Shown: positions 9,916 to 21,393 of the stretch, in pieces
Position numbering within the stretch: the first letter of the stretch is position 1
Layout of the letters: each line of letters begins with the position of its first letter
Source: an uncultured bacterium
Lineage (GTDB): Bacteria > Fidelibacterota > Marinisomatia > Marinisomatales > JACNKV01
Reading direction: 5' to 3'
Length of the DNA: 64,000 nt
NCBI GenBank assembly: GCA_964388155.1
Contig: CAYLYH010000008.1
Coordinates: forward strand, 258-64,257
Made by a program: the position numbers and the translations under genes
Notes under the pieces: model-generated
Database searches by the model: none
What the model was told of the DNA's origin: nothing
Seen by the model: the letters and a program-made list of their open reading frames with translations, nothing else

Positions 9916-10422
9916 ATGAATAACCCTCTTGTTCAGCCCGATCCGGGTCTGTTCATCTGGACAATACTGACATTTCTTGTCCTGCTCTTCATGCTGAGAA
10001 AGTTTGCGTGGAAACCGCTACTTTCTATGCTGGAAAAACGTGAGGAAGGAATTCGGAATTCCCTGGATGATGCCGAAAAAGCAAAGCTGGAATTGGAACG
10101 ACTGAACCAGGAATCTGAAGAGATTGTTGCCAAAGCACGTTCGGAAGCACAGGATGTCGTCTCAGAAGGAAAATCAACGGCGGAAAAAATCAAGGCAGAC
10201 ATTCTTAGAACCGCACGCGATAAAGCAGATATAATCGTAGAAGATGCCAAGAAGCAAATCAAATCTGAAAAAGATAAAGCGATTGGTGAAATTAAATCTG
10301 AAGTTGTCGATCTTTCTTTGCAAATCGCAAATAAATTGATTGGCAAAAATATCAGCAAGTCTGACAATCAAACTCTGATTGAAAAATCGTTAAAAGAGAT
10401 TAATTTGAAGCATGAAGCCTAA
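9916..10422 (+). CDS. atpF: F0F1 ATP synthase subunit b
   Basis: PGLFIWTILTF..FAWKPLL TM, then charged coiled coil. Confidence 0.95.
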   Translation: MNNPLVQPDPGLFIWTILTFLVLLFMLRKFAWKPLLSMLEKREEGIRNSLDDAEKAKLELERLNQESEEIVAKARSEAQDVVSEGKSTAEKIKADILRTARDKADIIVEDAKKQIKSEKDKAIGEIKSEVVDLSLQIANKLIGKNISKSDNQTLIEKSLKEINLKHEA

Positions 10423-10951
10423 TCGTTCTGAAAAGCATTATGCGCAAGCCTTGTGGTCAGTTGCTGAAAAGGCAGGGAAGGTTGACGATGTAAAAGCCTC
10501 TCTATTTGCGTTTGCTGATTTGGTAGTAGCCGAATCGGTTTTCAGAGCATTTGTCAATACAGTCAAAATCAGTACAGACGATAAAATGCAGATACTCACA
10601 GAGATGTTTCAAGGTCGAATCCATGTGATCGTTTTAGAGTTACTTAAGCTCTTGGATGAATCACGACACTCAAGTTTAATCGGTAAAATTACCGAAGAGT
10701 TTAAAAGATTGGACAAAGAAAAATCGAACTTGGTTTCAGTATCTGTTTTTACACATACGGCTTTGGGTGATGATGAAACACGCTTAATACACAACCTATT
10801 GGAAGCTGCTACCGGAAAAACGGTTGATCTTTCTTCTGAAGTAGATTCGTCTTTGCTTGGTGGAATTAAAATGCGTATCGGAAATACATTTCTCGATGGA
10901 ACGGTCGCATCTCAAATGGAAAAACTCAGACGGAATCTAATAAGTGAGTGA
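10412..10951 (+). CDS. atpH: F0F1 ATP synthase subunit delta
   Basis: YAQAL N-terminus, VDSSLLGGIKMRIG..DGTV C-terminus. Confidence 0.93.
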   Translation: MKPNRSEKHYAQALWSVAEKAGKVDDVKASLFAFADLVVAESVFRAFVNTVKISTDDKMQILTEMFQGRIHVIVLELLKLLDESRHSSLIGKITEEFKRLDKEKSNLVSVSVFTHTALGDDETRLIHNLLEAATGKTVDLSSEVDSSLLGGIKMRIGNTFLDGTVASQMEKLRRNLISE

Positions 10952-10956
10952 TAAGT

Positions 10957-10977
10957 AGTGAATAGTGAGAAGTGAGA
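10957..10977 (+). repeat. Heptamer tract AGTGAAT AGTGAGA AGTGAGA after the atpH stop
   Basis: Read directly. Confidence 0.6.
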
Positions 10978-11050
10978 AGAAGGCAGGAAGAAAAAATTAG
11001 AATTACAAAAAATAGGTACAACAATCTTTGTAGCTCCCCTGTTTCCTATC

Positions 11051-11116
11051 TTTTGTGAATTTTGTACCTTTTGTGGCCTGCCCGCCAATGTTTTATAGGA
11101 GGGCGAATAGTTCAGG
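11051..11116 (+). repeat. 66-bp dispersed repeat copy 1 (TTTTGT 9-10-mer tract plus 40-bp CCTG...CAGG element)
   Basis: Reverse complement of 23301-23366 with 3 mismatches. Confidence 0.9.
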
Positions 11117-11153
11117 CAAGAAAACAATCAGTGGAAAATATTGGAATAATTAA

Positions 11154-12677
11154 ATGGAATTCAAAACCAACGAAATAAGAGATTTATTAAAAGCTCAAAT
11201 TGAAAAGTTTGACGTGCAAATTGATGTAACGGAAGTTGGCGAAGTCATCGAAGTAGGTGACGGTGTCGCACGTGTCAATGGACTGGAAAATGTAATGAGC
11301 TCAGAATTGGTCGAGCTGCCGAATGATGTATTTGGAATGGCGCTTAACCTTGAGGAAGACAATGTCGGACTTGTGTTGTTCGGAGAAACAAGGTTGGTTC
11401 GAGAAGGGGACATTGCCAAACGAACGGGAAGAGTTGTCGAAGTTCCGGTTGGCGAAGAGATGCTTGGACGAGTTGTCAATCCGCTGGGACACCCTATGGA
11501 CGGGAAAGGGGCAATAAAAACAAATGATTCTTTGCCCATCGAACGAAAAGCTTTGGGCGTTATGCAGCGCCAGCCGGTGGTTGAGCCGCTCCAAACCGGA
11601 TTAAAAGCAATCGACAGTATGATTCCGATTGGGCGCGGTCAGCGTGAGTTAATTATTGGTGACCGTCAAACCGGAAAAACCGCCATCGCCATTGATACGA
11701 TCATCAACCAGAAATACACACAAGATACAGACAGCCCTGTTTATTGTATTTATGTCGCCATCGGACAAAAAGCCTCTACCGTCGCACGCGTGGTCGCTGA
11801 GTTAGAAGCCGCAGATGCCATGAGTTACACAACCGTTGTTGCCGCAAATGCCTCTGACCCCGCTCCGATGCAGTATATCGCTCCTTATTCCGGTGCATCG
11901 ATGGGAGAATATTTCAGGGATAGCGGAAAGCACGCCCTAATTATTTACGATGATCTTTCGAAACAAGCGGTTGCCTACCGTCAAATGTCATTGATTTTAA
12001 GACGCCCACCCGGACGTGAAGCATTCCCGGGGGATGTCTTCTATCTGCACAGCCGTTTGCTTGAGCGCGCATCCAAACTTAGTGATGATTTGGGTGGCGG
12101 ATCACTGACAGCCCTGCCAATAATTGAAACGCAGGAAGGTGATGTCGCAGCCTACATTCCGACGAATGTAATCTCCATTACAGATGGACAGATCTATCTT
12201 GAGAATAATTTGTTTAACTCAGGCCAGAGACCTGCTGTGGATGTTGGATTATCTGTTTCGCGTGTTGGGGGAAATGCCCAAATTAAAGCGATGAAAAAAT
12301 TTGCTGGAATGTTACGGCTGGATTTAGCGCAGTTCCGTGAATTGGAAGCATTTGCTAAATTCGGATCTGATTTGGATAAAACCACTCAGCAGCAATTAAC
12401 ACGCGGTCAGCGTATGATGGAGATTATTAAACAAAATCAGTACGTTCCAATGCCGGTTGAAAAACAGGTAGCAATCATCTTTGCAGGAAATGCCGGAGTT
12501 TTGGATGACATTCCGCAAAACAAAGTAAAAGAGTTTGAAGAAGGTTTTTTAACTTATGTTGAAGCCAATGCCGGCGATATACTTGGTAAAATTAAATCCA
12601 CCGGAAAAATGAGCACGGAATCAGAAGATAGACTAAAAGAGATAACGGAAGATTTCAAAAAAGGATTTGCAACTTAA
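11154..12677 (+). CDS. atpA: F0F1 ATP synthase subunit alpha
   Basis: GDRQTGKT Walker [24 protein letters not shown]. Confidence 0.99.
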   Translation: MEFKTNEIRDLLKAQIEKFDVQIDVTEVGEVIEVGDGVARVNGLENVMSSELVELPNDVFGMALNLEEDNVGLVLFGETRLVREGDIAKRTGRVVEVPVGEEMLGRVVNPLGHPMDGKGAIKTNDSLPIERKALGVMQRQPVVEPLQTGLKAIDSMIPIGRGQRELIIGDRQTGKTAIAIDTIINQKYTQDTDSPVYCIYVAIGQKASTVARVVAELEAADAMSYTTVVAANASDPAPMQYIAPYSGASMGEYFRDSGKHALIIYDDLSKQAVAYRQMSLILRRPPGREAFPGDVFYLHSRLLERASKLSDDLGGGSLTALPIIETQEGDVAAYIPTNVISITDGQIYLENNLFNSGQRPAVDVGLSVSRVGGNAQIKAMKKFAGMLRLDLAQFRELEAFAKFGSDLDKTTQQQLTRGQRMMEIIKQNQYVPMPVEKQVAIIFAGNAGVLDDIPQNKVKEFEEGFLTYVEANAGDILGKIKSTGKMSTESEDRLKEITEDFKKGFAT

Positions 12678-12783
12678 ACAACTCCAACTGCTAAAATTGC
12701 AAAGTTTCACTAAGATAAAAATACATAAACAAAATTCTACATTAGACTCATTTCAAGTACTATCGAATACTTGTATTTTAACC

Positions 12784-12838
12784 TTTTGTGAGTTTTGTGT
12801 GCTTGCATCCCGTGTTTTTGGCGGGGTCTTGTGTGACT
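12784..12838 (+). repeat. TTTTGTG tract with embedded CCCGTGTTTTT..CGGGG hairpin element
   Basis: TTTTGTGAG TTTTGTGTG followed by TCCCGTGTTTTTGGCGGGGT, related to 26273-26291 (reverse complement). Confidence 0.55.
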
Positions 12839-12849
12839 AAAATAAATAA

Positions 12850-13701
12850 ATGGCAAATTTAAAAGACATACGTAACCGAATATCTTCGGTCAAAAGCATT
12901 CAGCAGGTGACAAAAGCCATGAAAATGGTTGCCGCTGCAAAAATGCGAAAAGCCCAAGAGCGAATGGAACAGGCACGTCCTTATGCACGGAGATTGCGAG
13001 GAGTAATCCAGACAATTATTCCGGATGTAGATCGATCGCTGCTCCCACTCTTGGGTATTCGTGAGATAAAACGGATTGCCTATGTTGTTGTGACATCTGA
13101 TCGCGGATTGGCAGGGTCATTTAATACAAGCATCATTAAAAAAGCTGAGAAAGAAATCCTCAGTTTTGGTAAAGAAAATGTTGATTTGTTCTGTATTGGT
13201 AAAAAAGGCAGAGACTATTTCAAACACCGCGATTATACAATTATTGAGGAACACATAGATTTCTGGAACGAATTGGATTTCAATCATTCCATAAAGATTG
13301 GCAATGGAATAATAAGTCATTATGTAAATGAGAACGTGGATGAGATTCACGTTGTTTACAACGAGTTTAAGAATGTTGCTGTCCAAGATATTGTCTCTGA
13401 AAAATTACTTCCTCTTACATTTGAGGGAAAGGAGAGTGTTTCTACAGAAAAACTCTTTGAACCTTCGAAAGAAGATATTGTTTTGTCGTTGATCCCACGT
13501 CACCTGAATATACAGATGTGGAAATATCTTTTGGAATCATACGCCAGTGAACAAGCTGCCAGAATGGTTGCCATGGAAAATGCTACTGAAAATGCAGGCG
13601 AGGTAATCGGTGATTTAAAATTGCAGTATAATAATGCCAGACAGGCGGCAATTACCAAAGAAATATTAGAAATTGTGAGCGGAGCCGAGGCACTTGCCGA
13701 A

Positions 13702-13704
<3 letters not shown>
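12850..13704 (+). CDS. atpG: F0F1 ATP synthase subunit gamma
   Basis: ITKAM-like VTKAMKMVAAAK, SDRGLAG, ASEQAARMVAM, RQAAITKEILEI. Confidence 0.98.
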
Positions 13705-15132
<1,428 letters not shown>

Positions 15133-15133
<1 letters not shown>

Positions 15134-15531
15134 TGAGTACCTTTCAACTTGAGATTGTAACTCCGGCACGTGTTTTGGACGAAGGGCAGGTTTCCTATGT
15201 TCGTTGCCCAGGATTAGACGGATCCTTTGGAATTATGGCACACCACACAAACGCGATAATATCTCTGGGAATCGGAGAGATCAAAGTGACCCATCAGGGC
15301 AAAGATACATTTTTTGCTACCAGCGGAGGTTTTGCTGACGTGAAGGAAAATAAAGTCCAGCTTTTAGTTGAAACGGCGGAAATGTCCGAAGAAATTGAAA
15401 TAGATCGGGCTAAGTTCTCCGCAAATCGTGCCAAAGACCGACTGAGTTCATGGGTAGAAGGGGTCGAACCGGTACGAGCTGAGGTGTCATTGCTTAGAGC
15501 TTTGAACCGCGTGAAAGTTGCGAAGCGATAA
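15133..15531 (+). CDS. atpC: F0F1 ATP synthase subunit epsilon
   Basis: LEIVTP, GSFGIMAHH, SGGFADV, RALNR; ATG overlaps atpD stop. Confidence 0.95.
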
Positions 15532-15556
15532 GCAGAATTAAACAGTGTAAATTATT

Positions 15557-15588
15557 AAAAACCGCTCGTAATTTCTGAGCGGTTTTTT
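15557..15588 (+). terminator. Rho-independent terminator of atp operon
   Basis: AAAAACCGCTC-loop-GAGCGGTTTTTT. Confidence 0.85.
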
Positions 15589-15621
15589 AATACAAAAAGA
15601 TTTTATTAAAATGGAAATATT

Positions 15622-17367
15622 ATGAATAAACGTACACATACTTGCGGAGAGTTAACCAAAAACGACATCAAAAAGTCCATTGCTTTGAATGGCTGGATAA
15701 ATACAGTTCGTCTCCACGGACAGGTAGTCTTCGTAGATCTTAGAGATCGATACGGTAAAACTCAATTAGTCTTCAACGCAGATTCATACACCGGCGATTT
15801 TGAAGCAGTGAAAAAGCTATCTATGGAAGATGTCATCAGCATCAGCGGGACGGTTCAACCCAGAGCGGACGAAGCAGTGAATCCCGGTATGTTTACGGGT
15901 GAGATCGAAGTCGCCGTCGATTCGTTAGTGATACTGAATGAAACCGAACCCCTTCCATTTATTATCACGGACAGAGAAAGCGCTTCCGAAGATTTTCGGT
16001 TGAAATACCGATATCTTGAGCTCCGGACCGAAGAGTTGCAGAAAAACATGATCACCCGCCATAGGGCGTATCAAGCTGTTCGATCGTATTTGACTAACGA
16101 GCAGTTTATTGAAGTGGAAACTCCGGTGCTGATGAAATCCACTCCGGAAGGCGCACGTGACTATCTGGTGCCCAGTCGAATTCACAACGGAAAATTTTTC
16201 GCCCTTCCACAATCTCCGCAGACCTACAAGCAGCTCCTGATGATTTCCGGTTTTGACCGGTATTTTCAGATCGTGAAATGCTTTAGGGATGAAGATCTCC
16301 GTGCTGACCGCCAGCCGGAATTTACACAGATTGACCTGGAAATGTCCTTCATCGATGAACAGAACATTTATACGCTGGGCGAAGGTCTCACAGGTTCGGT
16401 ATTTAAGGAAGTATTGGGTGTCAGTCTGCCGGATAAATTCCCGATCATGACGTATCATGAAGCGATGGATATATATGGCTCTGACAAACCGGATACACGT
16501 TTTGAGTTACCGCTCAAGGATGTGAAACCGTTTACTAATGCCTCCGATTTCAATGCCTTCAAATCAGCCGAAATGGTCAAGGGACTTGTCCTGCCGAAGG
16601 TTCAATATTCCCGGAAGGTCATTGATCAATTAACTGATTACGTGAAACATTACGGTGCCAAAGGTTTGGCATGGATGAAAGCCGAAAACGGAATCCTTTT
16701 AGGCGGTATTTCGAAATTCTTTAATGAAGAACTTCAGCAGAAACTCCTAAATGAGTTGGGAATCAATGACGGCGATATGTTGTTTATGATTGGTGACGCA
16801 ACAGAGACGGTACTGCAATCCATGGGAGCGTTGAGAAATGAGATCGCCCGCCGGGAAAATCTGGCGAAGGAAGGGGAGTTCAAACCGCTGTGGGTTGTGG
16901 ACTTTCCGATGTTCGAATGGGACGAAGACGATAAACGTTTCATCGCGATGCATCATCCCTTCACCGCACCGAAAAATGAAGATATTGATAAATTAACCTC
17001 AGATCCTAAAAACGTTATTTCCCGAGGATATGATTTGGTCATCAATGGTTACGAAGTTGCCGGTGGGTCTATTCGTATCCACGAGCGGGATTTACAGTCA
17101 AAAGTCTTTAAATTGTTGGGGATCAGCAAAGAAGAAGCGGACAATAAATTCGGATTTTTACTTAATGCTTTTCGTTACGGCGCACCACCCCACGGCGGAA
17201 TTGCCTTCGGATTTGACCGTTTGGTTATGCTCTTGGCGGGCACGCATAATATCCGCGATGTTATTGCCTTCCCGAAAACGACATCTGCCATGTCGTTGAT
17301 GGATGAATCTCCCAGCCCGGTCAGCAACACCCAGCTGGATGAATTAGGAATCGCGTTGAAAGATTAG
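15622..17367 (+). CDS. aspS: Aspartate--tRNA ligase
   Basis: RTHTCGEL, STPEGARDYLVP, FRDEDLRADRQPEF, GAPPHGGIAFGFDR. Confidence 0.98.
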   Translation: MNKRTHTCGELTKNDIKKSIALNGWINTVRLHGQVVFVDLRDRYGKTQLVFNADSYTGDFEAVKKLSMEDVISISGTVQPRADEAVNPGMFTGEIEVAVDSLVILNETEPLPFIITDRESASEDFRLKYRYLELRTEELQKNMITRHRAYQAVRSYLTNEQFIEVETPVLMKSTPEGARDYLVPSRIHNGKFFALPQSPQTYKQLLMISGFDRYFQIVKCFRDEDLRADRQPEFTQIDLEMSFIDEQNIYTLGEGLTGSVFKEVLGVSLPDKFPIMTYHEAMDIYGSDKPDTRFELPLKDVKPFTNASDFNAFKSAEMVKGLVLPKVQYSRKVIDQLTDYVKHYGAKGLAWMKAENGILLGGISKFFNEELQQKLLNELGINDGDMLFMIGDATETVLQSMGALRNEIARRENLAKEGEFKPLWVVDFPMFEWDEDDKRFIAMHHPFTAPKNEDIDKLTSDPKNVISRGYDLVINGYEVAGGSIRIHERDLQSKVFKLLGISKEEADNKFGFLLNAFRYGAPPHGGIAFGFDRLVMLLAGTHNIRDVIAFPKTTSAMSLMDESPSPVSNTQLDELGIALKD

Positions 17368-17391
17368 GATTAGGATAAAATTTAAGAATAT

Positions 17392-17587
17392 GTCATTCCG
17401 AACAGAGTGAGGAATCTAAATACTTATTGTCTCGAAGTTTTGTTTTGTATGCAGAAAAAGTCTTGTGAACACGACAAACGTACCAGGTTTAGTTGCGTAG
17501 ATTCCTCAGTCATTCTTCTCCCGACACTTCGTGTTACCCTAAGGCGGGATCTGAAGACGTGCCCGGGACTGTAAGCTTCGGGATGAC
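17392..17587. mobile_element. MITE/REP-like non-coding element with nested inverted repeats
   Basis: Outer IR GTCATTCCGAA (17392) / TTCGGGATGAC (17577-17587), 1 mismatch; inner perfect IR TGAGGAATCTA (17408-17418) / TAGATTCCTCA (17498-17508). Confidence 0.65.
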
Positions 17588-17606
17588 TAAATATATTTTC
17601 GGAAAG

Positions 17607-17861
17607 TCAACCCGAAATTGCTTTTATTAAGCCAATAAGTCCGATAACAAAACCAAAATTATATCTCCTGCCGACGTTATCTGTTTCATACAGTTTAACA
17701 ACCGGATTATACTGACTGTAAATGAACGTCAAAGGTAGCATAAGTCCGTGCAAAAATCCGGGCCAAAAATCTGCAGGGGTTTTATTATATTTTGAATTGG
17801 GTCCCGGCATATATTTCTCCAAATTCCGTAATAGTTTTGGTGCTTCATTAGTTTTGTTCAT
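17607..17861 (-). CDS. Small hypothetical membrane protein
   Basis: 84 aa; PADFWPGFLHG...LYE..N.G..YNFGF pattern resembling a conserved uncharacterised family; G-rich SD upstream. Confidence 0.7.
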   Translation of the reverse strand: MNKTNEAPKLLRNLEKYMPGPNSKYNKTPADFWPGFLHGLMLPLTFIYSQYNPVVKLYETDNVGRRYNFGFVIGLIGLIKAISG

Positions 17862-17889
17862 ATTGCTTTTGACCCCCCCCGGTACTATA

Positions 17890-18189
17890 TTAATGGAGTA
17901 AATAAAACCCGATTATAATAACAGAACTTAGTAAAGTCCCGCCGATGATTATTTTACTCAAAATCAGATTCATAGAATCACTTAATTTATATCGAGAGAG
18001 GAGAAATCCCAGTCCTGCAAAAAATGCCAGAATCAGAATTCCGTGAGTTACCCAATGATGTCCCGTGAGGTCTTTCATCCATGTTTTCAGCGGGGCATTT
18101 ATTTCTTTTAAGACAACGAATACCGAACTGATAACTGCCGTGATTGCCAATGATAGTCCAAACCCTATTTTGTTATGTGTAGTTTTCAT
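17890..18189 (-). CDS. Hypothetical 3-TM membrane protein
   Basis: 99 aa; TGHHWVTHG motif between hydrophobic helices. Confidence 0.75.
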   Translation of the reverse strand: MKTTHNKIGFGLSLAITAVISSVFVVLKEINAPLKTWMKDLTGHHWVTHGILILAFFAGLGFLLSRYKLSDSMNLILSKIIIGGTLLSSVIIIGFYLLH

Positions 18190-18194
18190 CTTTG

Positions 18195-18656
18195 CTATTC
18201 TCCTAACAATCCCATTTTAACTCCGGCGGAGATGACTGAACCAAATCCTTCCATGATTAGTCCGATGATGATAATTAATCCGGTTACGATCAGCACAAGT
18301 TTCTTCGATGTTTTATCGGTCAACCCGTCACTTTTAAAAACGGCGATTGGCAGGTAAATACTGAGTAAGAGAAGAACAAAAAACAGATGTTCTTTTGCTT
18401 CCATGAAAAACCCATGTGCCCATGGCCATGACCCGGCTTTTATGATTGCCTTATCCGCTCCGTAGAAAAACACATACCAATAACCGCCGATTATGTAGGA
18501 TAAACACATCATCGTGGTCACGATGACGCTCATGTAATTTATTCTGGTTCGATTGTTCTCAGAAGCATTCAGTACTTCCACAAACAGCCAGACTCCGGCT
18601 AAAACTCCCATCACGCCGAACGCAACATGGGAAAACAACAGCATTTCTTTGAACAT
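18195..18656 (-). CDS. Hypothetical 4-TM membrane protein
   Basis: 153 aa; FSHVAFG and IKAGSWPWAHGFFMEAKEHLF motifs. Confidence 0.8.
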   Translation of the reverse strand: MFKEMLLFSHVAFGVMGVLAGVWLFVEVLNASENNRTRINYMSVIVTTMMCLSYIIGGYWYVFFYGADKAIIKAGSWPWAHGFFMEAKEHLFFVLLLLSIYLPIAVFKSDGLTDKTSKKLVLIVTGLIIIIGLIMEGFGSVISAGVKMGLLGE

Positions 18657-18706
18657 TATTTAAGCATCCTTCGATTAAAGTTGTGTGTTATCTCTCTTCA
18701 TGCCTT

Positions 18707-19819
18707 TTACAGCACAGTATTCGTTTCACATTTTGGAGAGTCCAAATGACACTCATTGAATAAATGACATGTGCGTTTACAAATAGATACGAGCATTAGC
18801 ATTAAAGGAACTTCTATGAGGACACCGACCACGGTAGCTAATGCAGCCCCGGAAGATAAACCAAAAAGAATGACAGCTGTGGCGATGGCAACTTCAAAAT
18901 GATTAGAGGCTCCAATCATAGCGGCGGGTGCTGCATCATGGTAAGAGAGATTCAACCATCTTGCAAGTATAAAATAGCCAATGACAAAAATAAAGACTGT
19001 TTGTATAATAAGCGGAATGGCAATCCAAAAAATTGTAAGCGGGTTATTGATAATAACTTCACCCTTAAATGAAAAGAGGAGAACCAACGTTAAAAGTAAT
19101 GCGGTGATGCTGACGGGAGTAAGCCAATGTAAAAACCTTTCATTAAACCATATCATCCCTTTGTATTTGATTATCCACTTCCTTGATAAATATCCAGCAA
19201 CGAGAGGTAATGCTACATAGATTGAAACGGAAAATAACATGGTTTGCCAAGGGACGGGCATAGAATTTATGTTGAGCAATAAACTTCCCAGTGGACCGTA
19301 AAGAAAGAGCATGATGAGAGAATTGATAGCTACCATGACCAATGTTAGTCCATCGTTGCCCTTTGAGAGATACCCCCACATTAAAACCATAGCCGTACAC
19401 GGTGCAATCCCCAGCAAAATTGCGCCGGCAATATAGCTCCGCCATAATTCAACTTCTTCACCGTTTGCAAGGATTTCTGTCCCGGGTAGGAGATCCTTAA
19501 ATAAATATCCCAAAAAGAAATATGCAATTGCGAACATTGAGAATGGCTTGATAGCCCAATTGATAAATAAGGTAAGAAATACAGGTTTGGGTGTTTTTGC
19601 TGATTTTATGACCTGATTAAAGTCAATCTTGACCATAATAGGATACATCATAAAAAACAGACAAACAGCAATTGGAATAGACACTTGATACAAGGAAATA
19701 TTATTGAGTGTCGTTGCAACTTCAGGTACGGTTTTTCCTAAAACAAGCCCCGCTGCGATACATAACAGTACCCAAACAGTTAAGTACCGTTCAAAGATTG
19801 ATAATTTCTTTTCTTCCAT
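18707..19819 (-). CDS. acr3: ACR3 family arsenite efflux transporter
   Basis: [44 protein letters not shown]; start uncertain (19819-19834). Confidence 0.93.
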   Translation of the reverse strand: MEEKKLSIFERYLTVWVLLCIAAGLVLGKTVPEVATTLNNISLYQVSIPIAVCLFFMMYPIMVKIDFNQVIKSAKTPKPVFLTLFINWAIKPFSMFAIAYFFLGYLFKDLLPGTEILANGEEVELWRSYIAGAILLGIAPCTAMVLMWGYLSKGNDGLTLVMVAINSLIMLFLYGPLGSLLLNINSMPVPWQTMLFSVSIYVALPLVAGYLSRKWIIKYKGMIWFNERFLHWLTPVSITALLLTLVLLFSFKGEVIINNPLTIFWIAIPLIIQTVFIFVIGYFILARWLNLSYHDAAPAAMIGASNHFEVAIATAVILFGLSSGAALATVVGVLIEVPLMLMLVSICKRTCHLFNECHLDSPKCETNTVL

Positions 19820-19919
19820 TTCAATCATTCCCAATCTTGTGACTTACTGTCCTATATGTCCAACAAACCAATATTTCATCGTTCCAATATCTTAATAGAC
19901 AAAGCCTTAACGCTATGCG

Positions 19920-20324
19920 CTATTTTCCCCGCATTTTATCAATGGCTCTCAGGATATCACGACGGCTGATCTGACCAACCAATTGGTCGTCTGAATCCAT
20001 AACCGGAAAACGACGAAATCTTGAGTTGAGAAATTTCCCTGCAACATCAAAAATACTGGCATCTTCATTGATGGTTTCTACATCCGATGACATTAATTCG
20101 GACACAAGTGCGCCCATCTCATCGTGATAGGATGATTCCATGATCGTGCGCATACAGTCTTTTTCAGACAGGATGCCAACCAGATTATCATCCGCATCCA
20201 CAACGGGTGCCCCGGAAATTTTGTTTTTCAGCAATGTCTGAATAGCGGTCAGAGCATTTGTTTCCGGTGTGAATGTGATGAGTATTTTTGCCATAATATC
20301 ACGAATACTGTATGGTGTTTTCAT
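19920..20324 (-). CDS. CBS domain pair protein
   Basis: ISGAPVVD..LVGILSEKD and RRFPVM..LVGQISRRD. Confidence 0.9.
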   Translation of the reverse strand: MKTPYSIRDIMAKILITFTPETNALTAIQTLLKNKISGAPVVDADDNLVGILSEKDCMRTIMESSYHDEMGALVSELMSSDVETINEDASIFDVAGKFLNSRFRRFPVMDSDDQLVGQISRRDILRAIDKMRGK

Positions 20325-20365
20325 AAAATGATTTCCTTTCTTTTATTATCTCGGCCGGTAAAGAT

Positions 20366-20764
20366 TTATTCGGATTTATCCGGTTCTGTAGATTTTTCTT
20401 GAGTGGATTTTGATTCCACAATATTTTTCACGGTCTCGACGACTTTGGGGGCTAAATCCATCAATTTGGTGATTGCACTTTCTTTTTCTCCGATGGTCAG
20501 CAGTTTAGATCCGTCGGGTCCGATCACAACAAATGCCACGGGATTAATTGACCACCCGCCGCCAATTCCTTGGCCATCGCCTTTTTCATCCTTCGGTTTT
20601 TTTGAAGTGTTCGTTCCACCACCGCCACCGAATCCAAACGTAACTTTGGAAACGGGAATCACTGTATGGTCTCCGGCTTTAACCGGATCTCCGACCACCG
20701 TTTTTGAAACCATAAGGTCTTGAAGCTCTTCTAATGTTGATTTAACTAAGTCTGAAATACTCAT
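20366..20764 (-). CDS. GerW/YtfJ family protein
   Basis: TVVGDP..VIPVSKVTFGFGGGGG and GIGGGWSINPVAFVV. Confidence 0.88.
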   Translation of the reverse strand: MSISDLVKSTLEELQDLMVSKTVVGDPVKAGDHTVIPVSKVTFGFGGGGGTNTSKKPKDEKGDGQGIGGGWSINPVAFVVIGPDGSKLLTIGEKESAITKLMDLAPKVVETVKNIVESKSTQEKSTEPDKSE

Positions 20765-21369
20765 GAAGTGTCCTTTCTTTGATGTGAATTTAAATGATAT
20801 TGAATGAATTTCAATGCTAAACTTGCAGGGAAAAATGTAAAATTAAGTTTTCCATGTAGATCTGTACCTAATGGCGGATTAAACTCCGGTGAAATATTTA
20901 TTGTTTTATTTACTTTCGGTGGAATTATTGCAGAGATGGTGTTGATTGCACCAAATAAAATGCCGGTATGCATCGGATTCTCCAAACCTATCTGTCCTTT
21001 AACCGATAAATATTGCCAGTGTACTGATCGGATAAATGCCAATCCCAATTTTTTGTTTTGATTGACTTTTTTTAAACGCGGTATCCATAATGAATGAGAT
21101 GAAGCACTTTTTCGTTTATTTGACCGTGGTGTTGATGTCATTTTCCAGTGAAACCAGGGATGATGATAAGGCCCAAAGCACAGATTGTTGGTTATAGTCG
21201 GAGAATATGCAATCCCGAAACGTTTACCGCCCACGAGAATTTTACCGGAGTAGATGGTTGAGGACGAATCCAATATAATTTTACCTCGGAGTTGAAATCG
21301 TATTGGGATCAGTAAAATTATGATTCCCAATGCAACAATAGCACTGACTGTATATAGGATGAGTGTCAT
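20761..21369 (-). CDS. DUF2953/YtfI-like membrane-anchored protein
   Basis: N-terminal TM, GLENPMHTGILFG and ISPEF motifs, overlapping the ytfJ-like gene. Confidence 0.7.
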   Translation of the reverse strand: MTLILYTVSAIVALGIIILLIPIRFQLRGKIILDSSSTIYSGKILVGGKRFGIAYSPTITNNLCFGPYHHPWFHWKMTSTPRSNKRKSASSHSLWIPRLKKVNQNKKLGLAFIRSVHWQYLSVKGQIGLENPMHTGILFGAINTISAIIPPKVNKTINISPEFNPPLGTDLHGKLNFTFFPASLALKFIQYHLNSHQRKDTS

Positions 21370-21393
21370 CGAATGAAAAAGTCGTCTATTAAT

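Noticed and set aside
15925-16458. Long antisense ORFs (e.g. 177 aa in aspS, 157 aa in relA, 144 aa in atpF)
   Set aside because: Shadows of well-supported genes with no motifs of their own.
19845-19880. Tiny minus-strand ORF (MKYWFVGHIGQ) upstream of acr3
   Set aside because: Too short, with no supporting evidence for a leader peptide.
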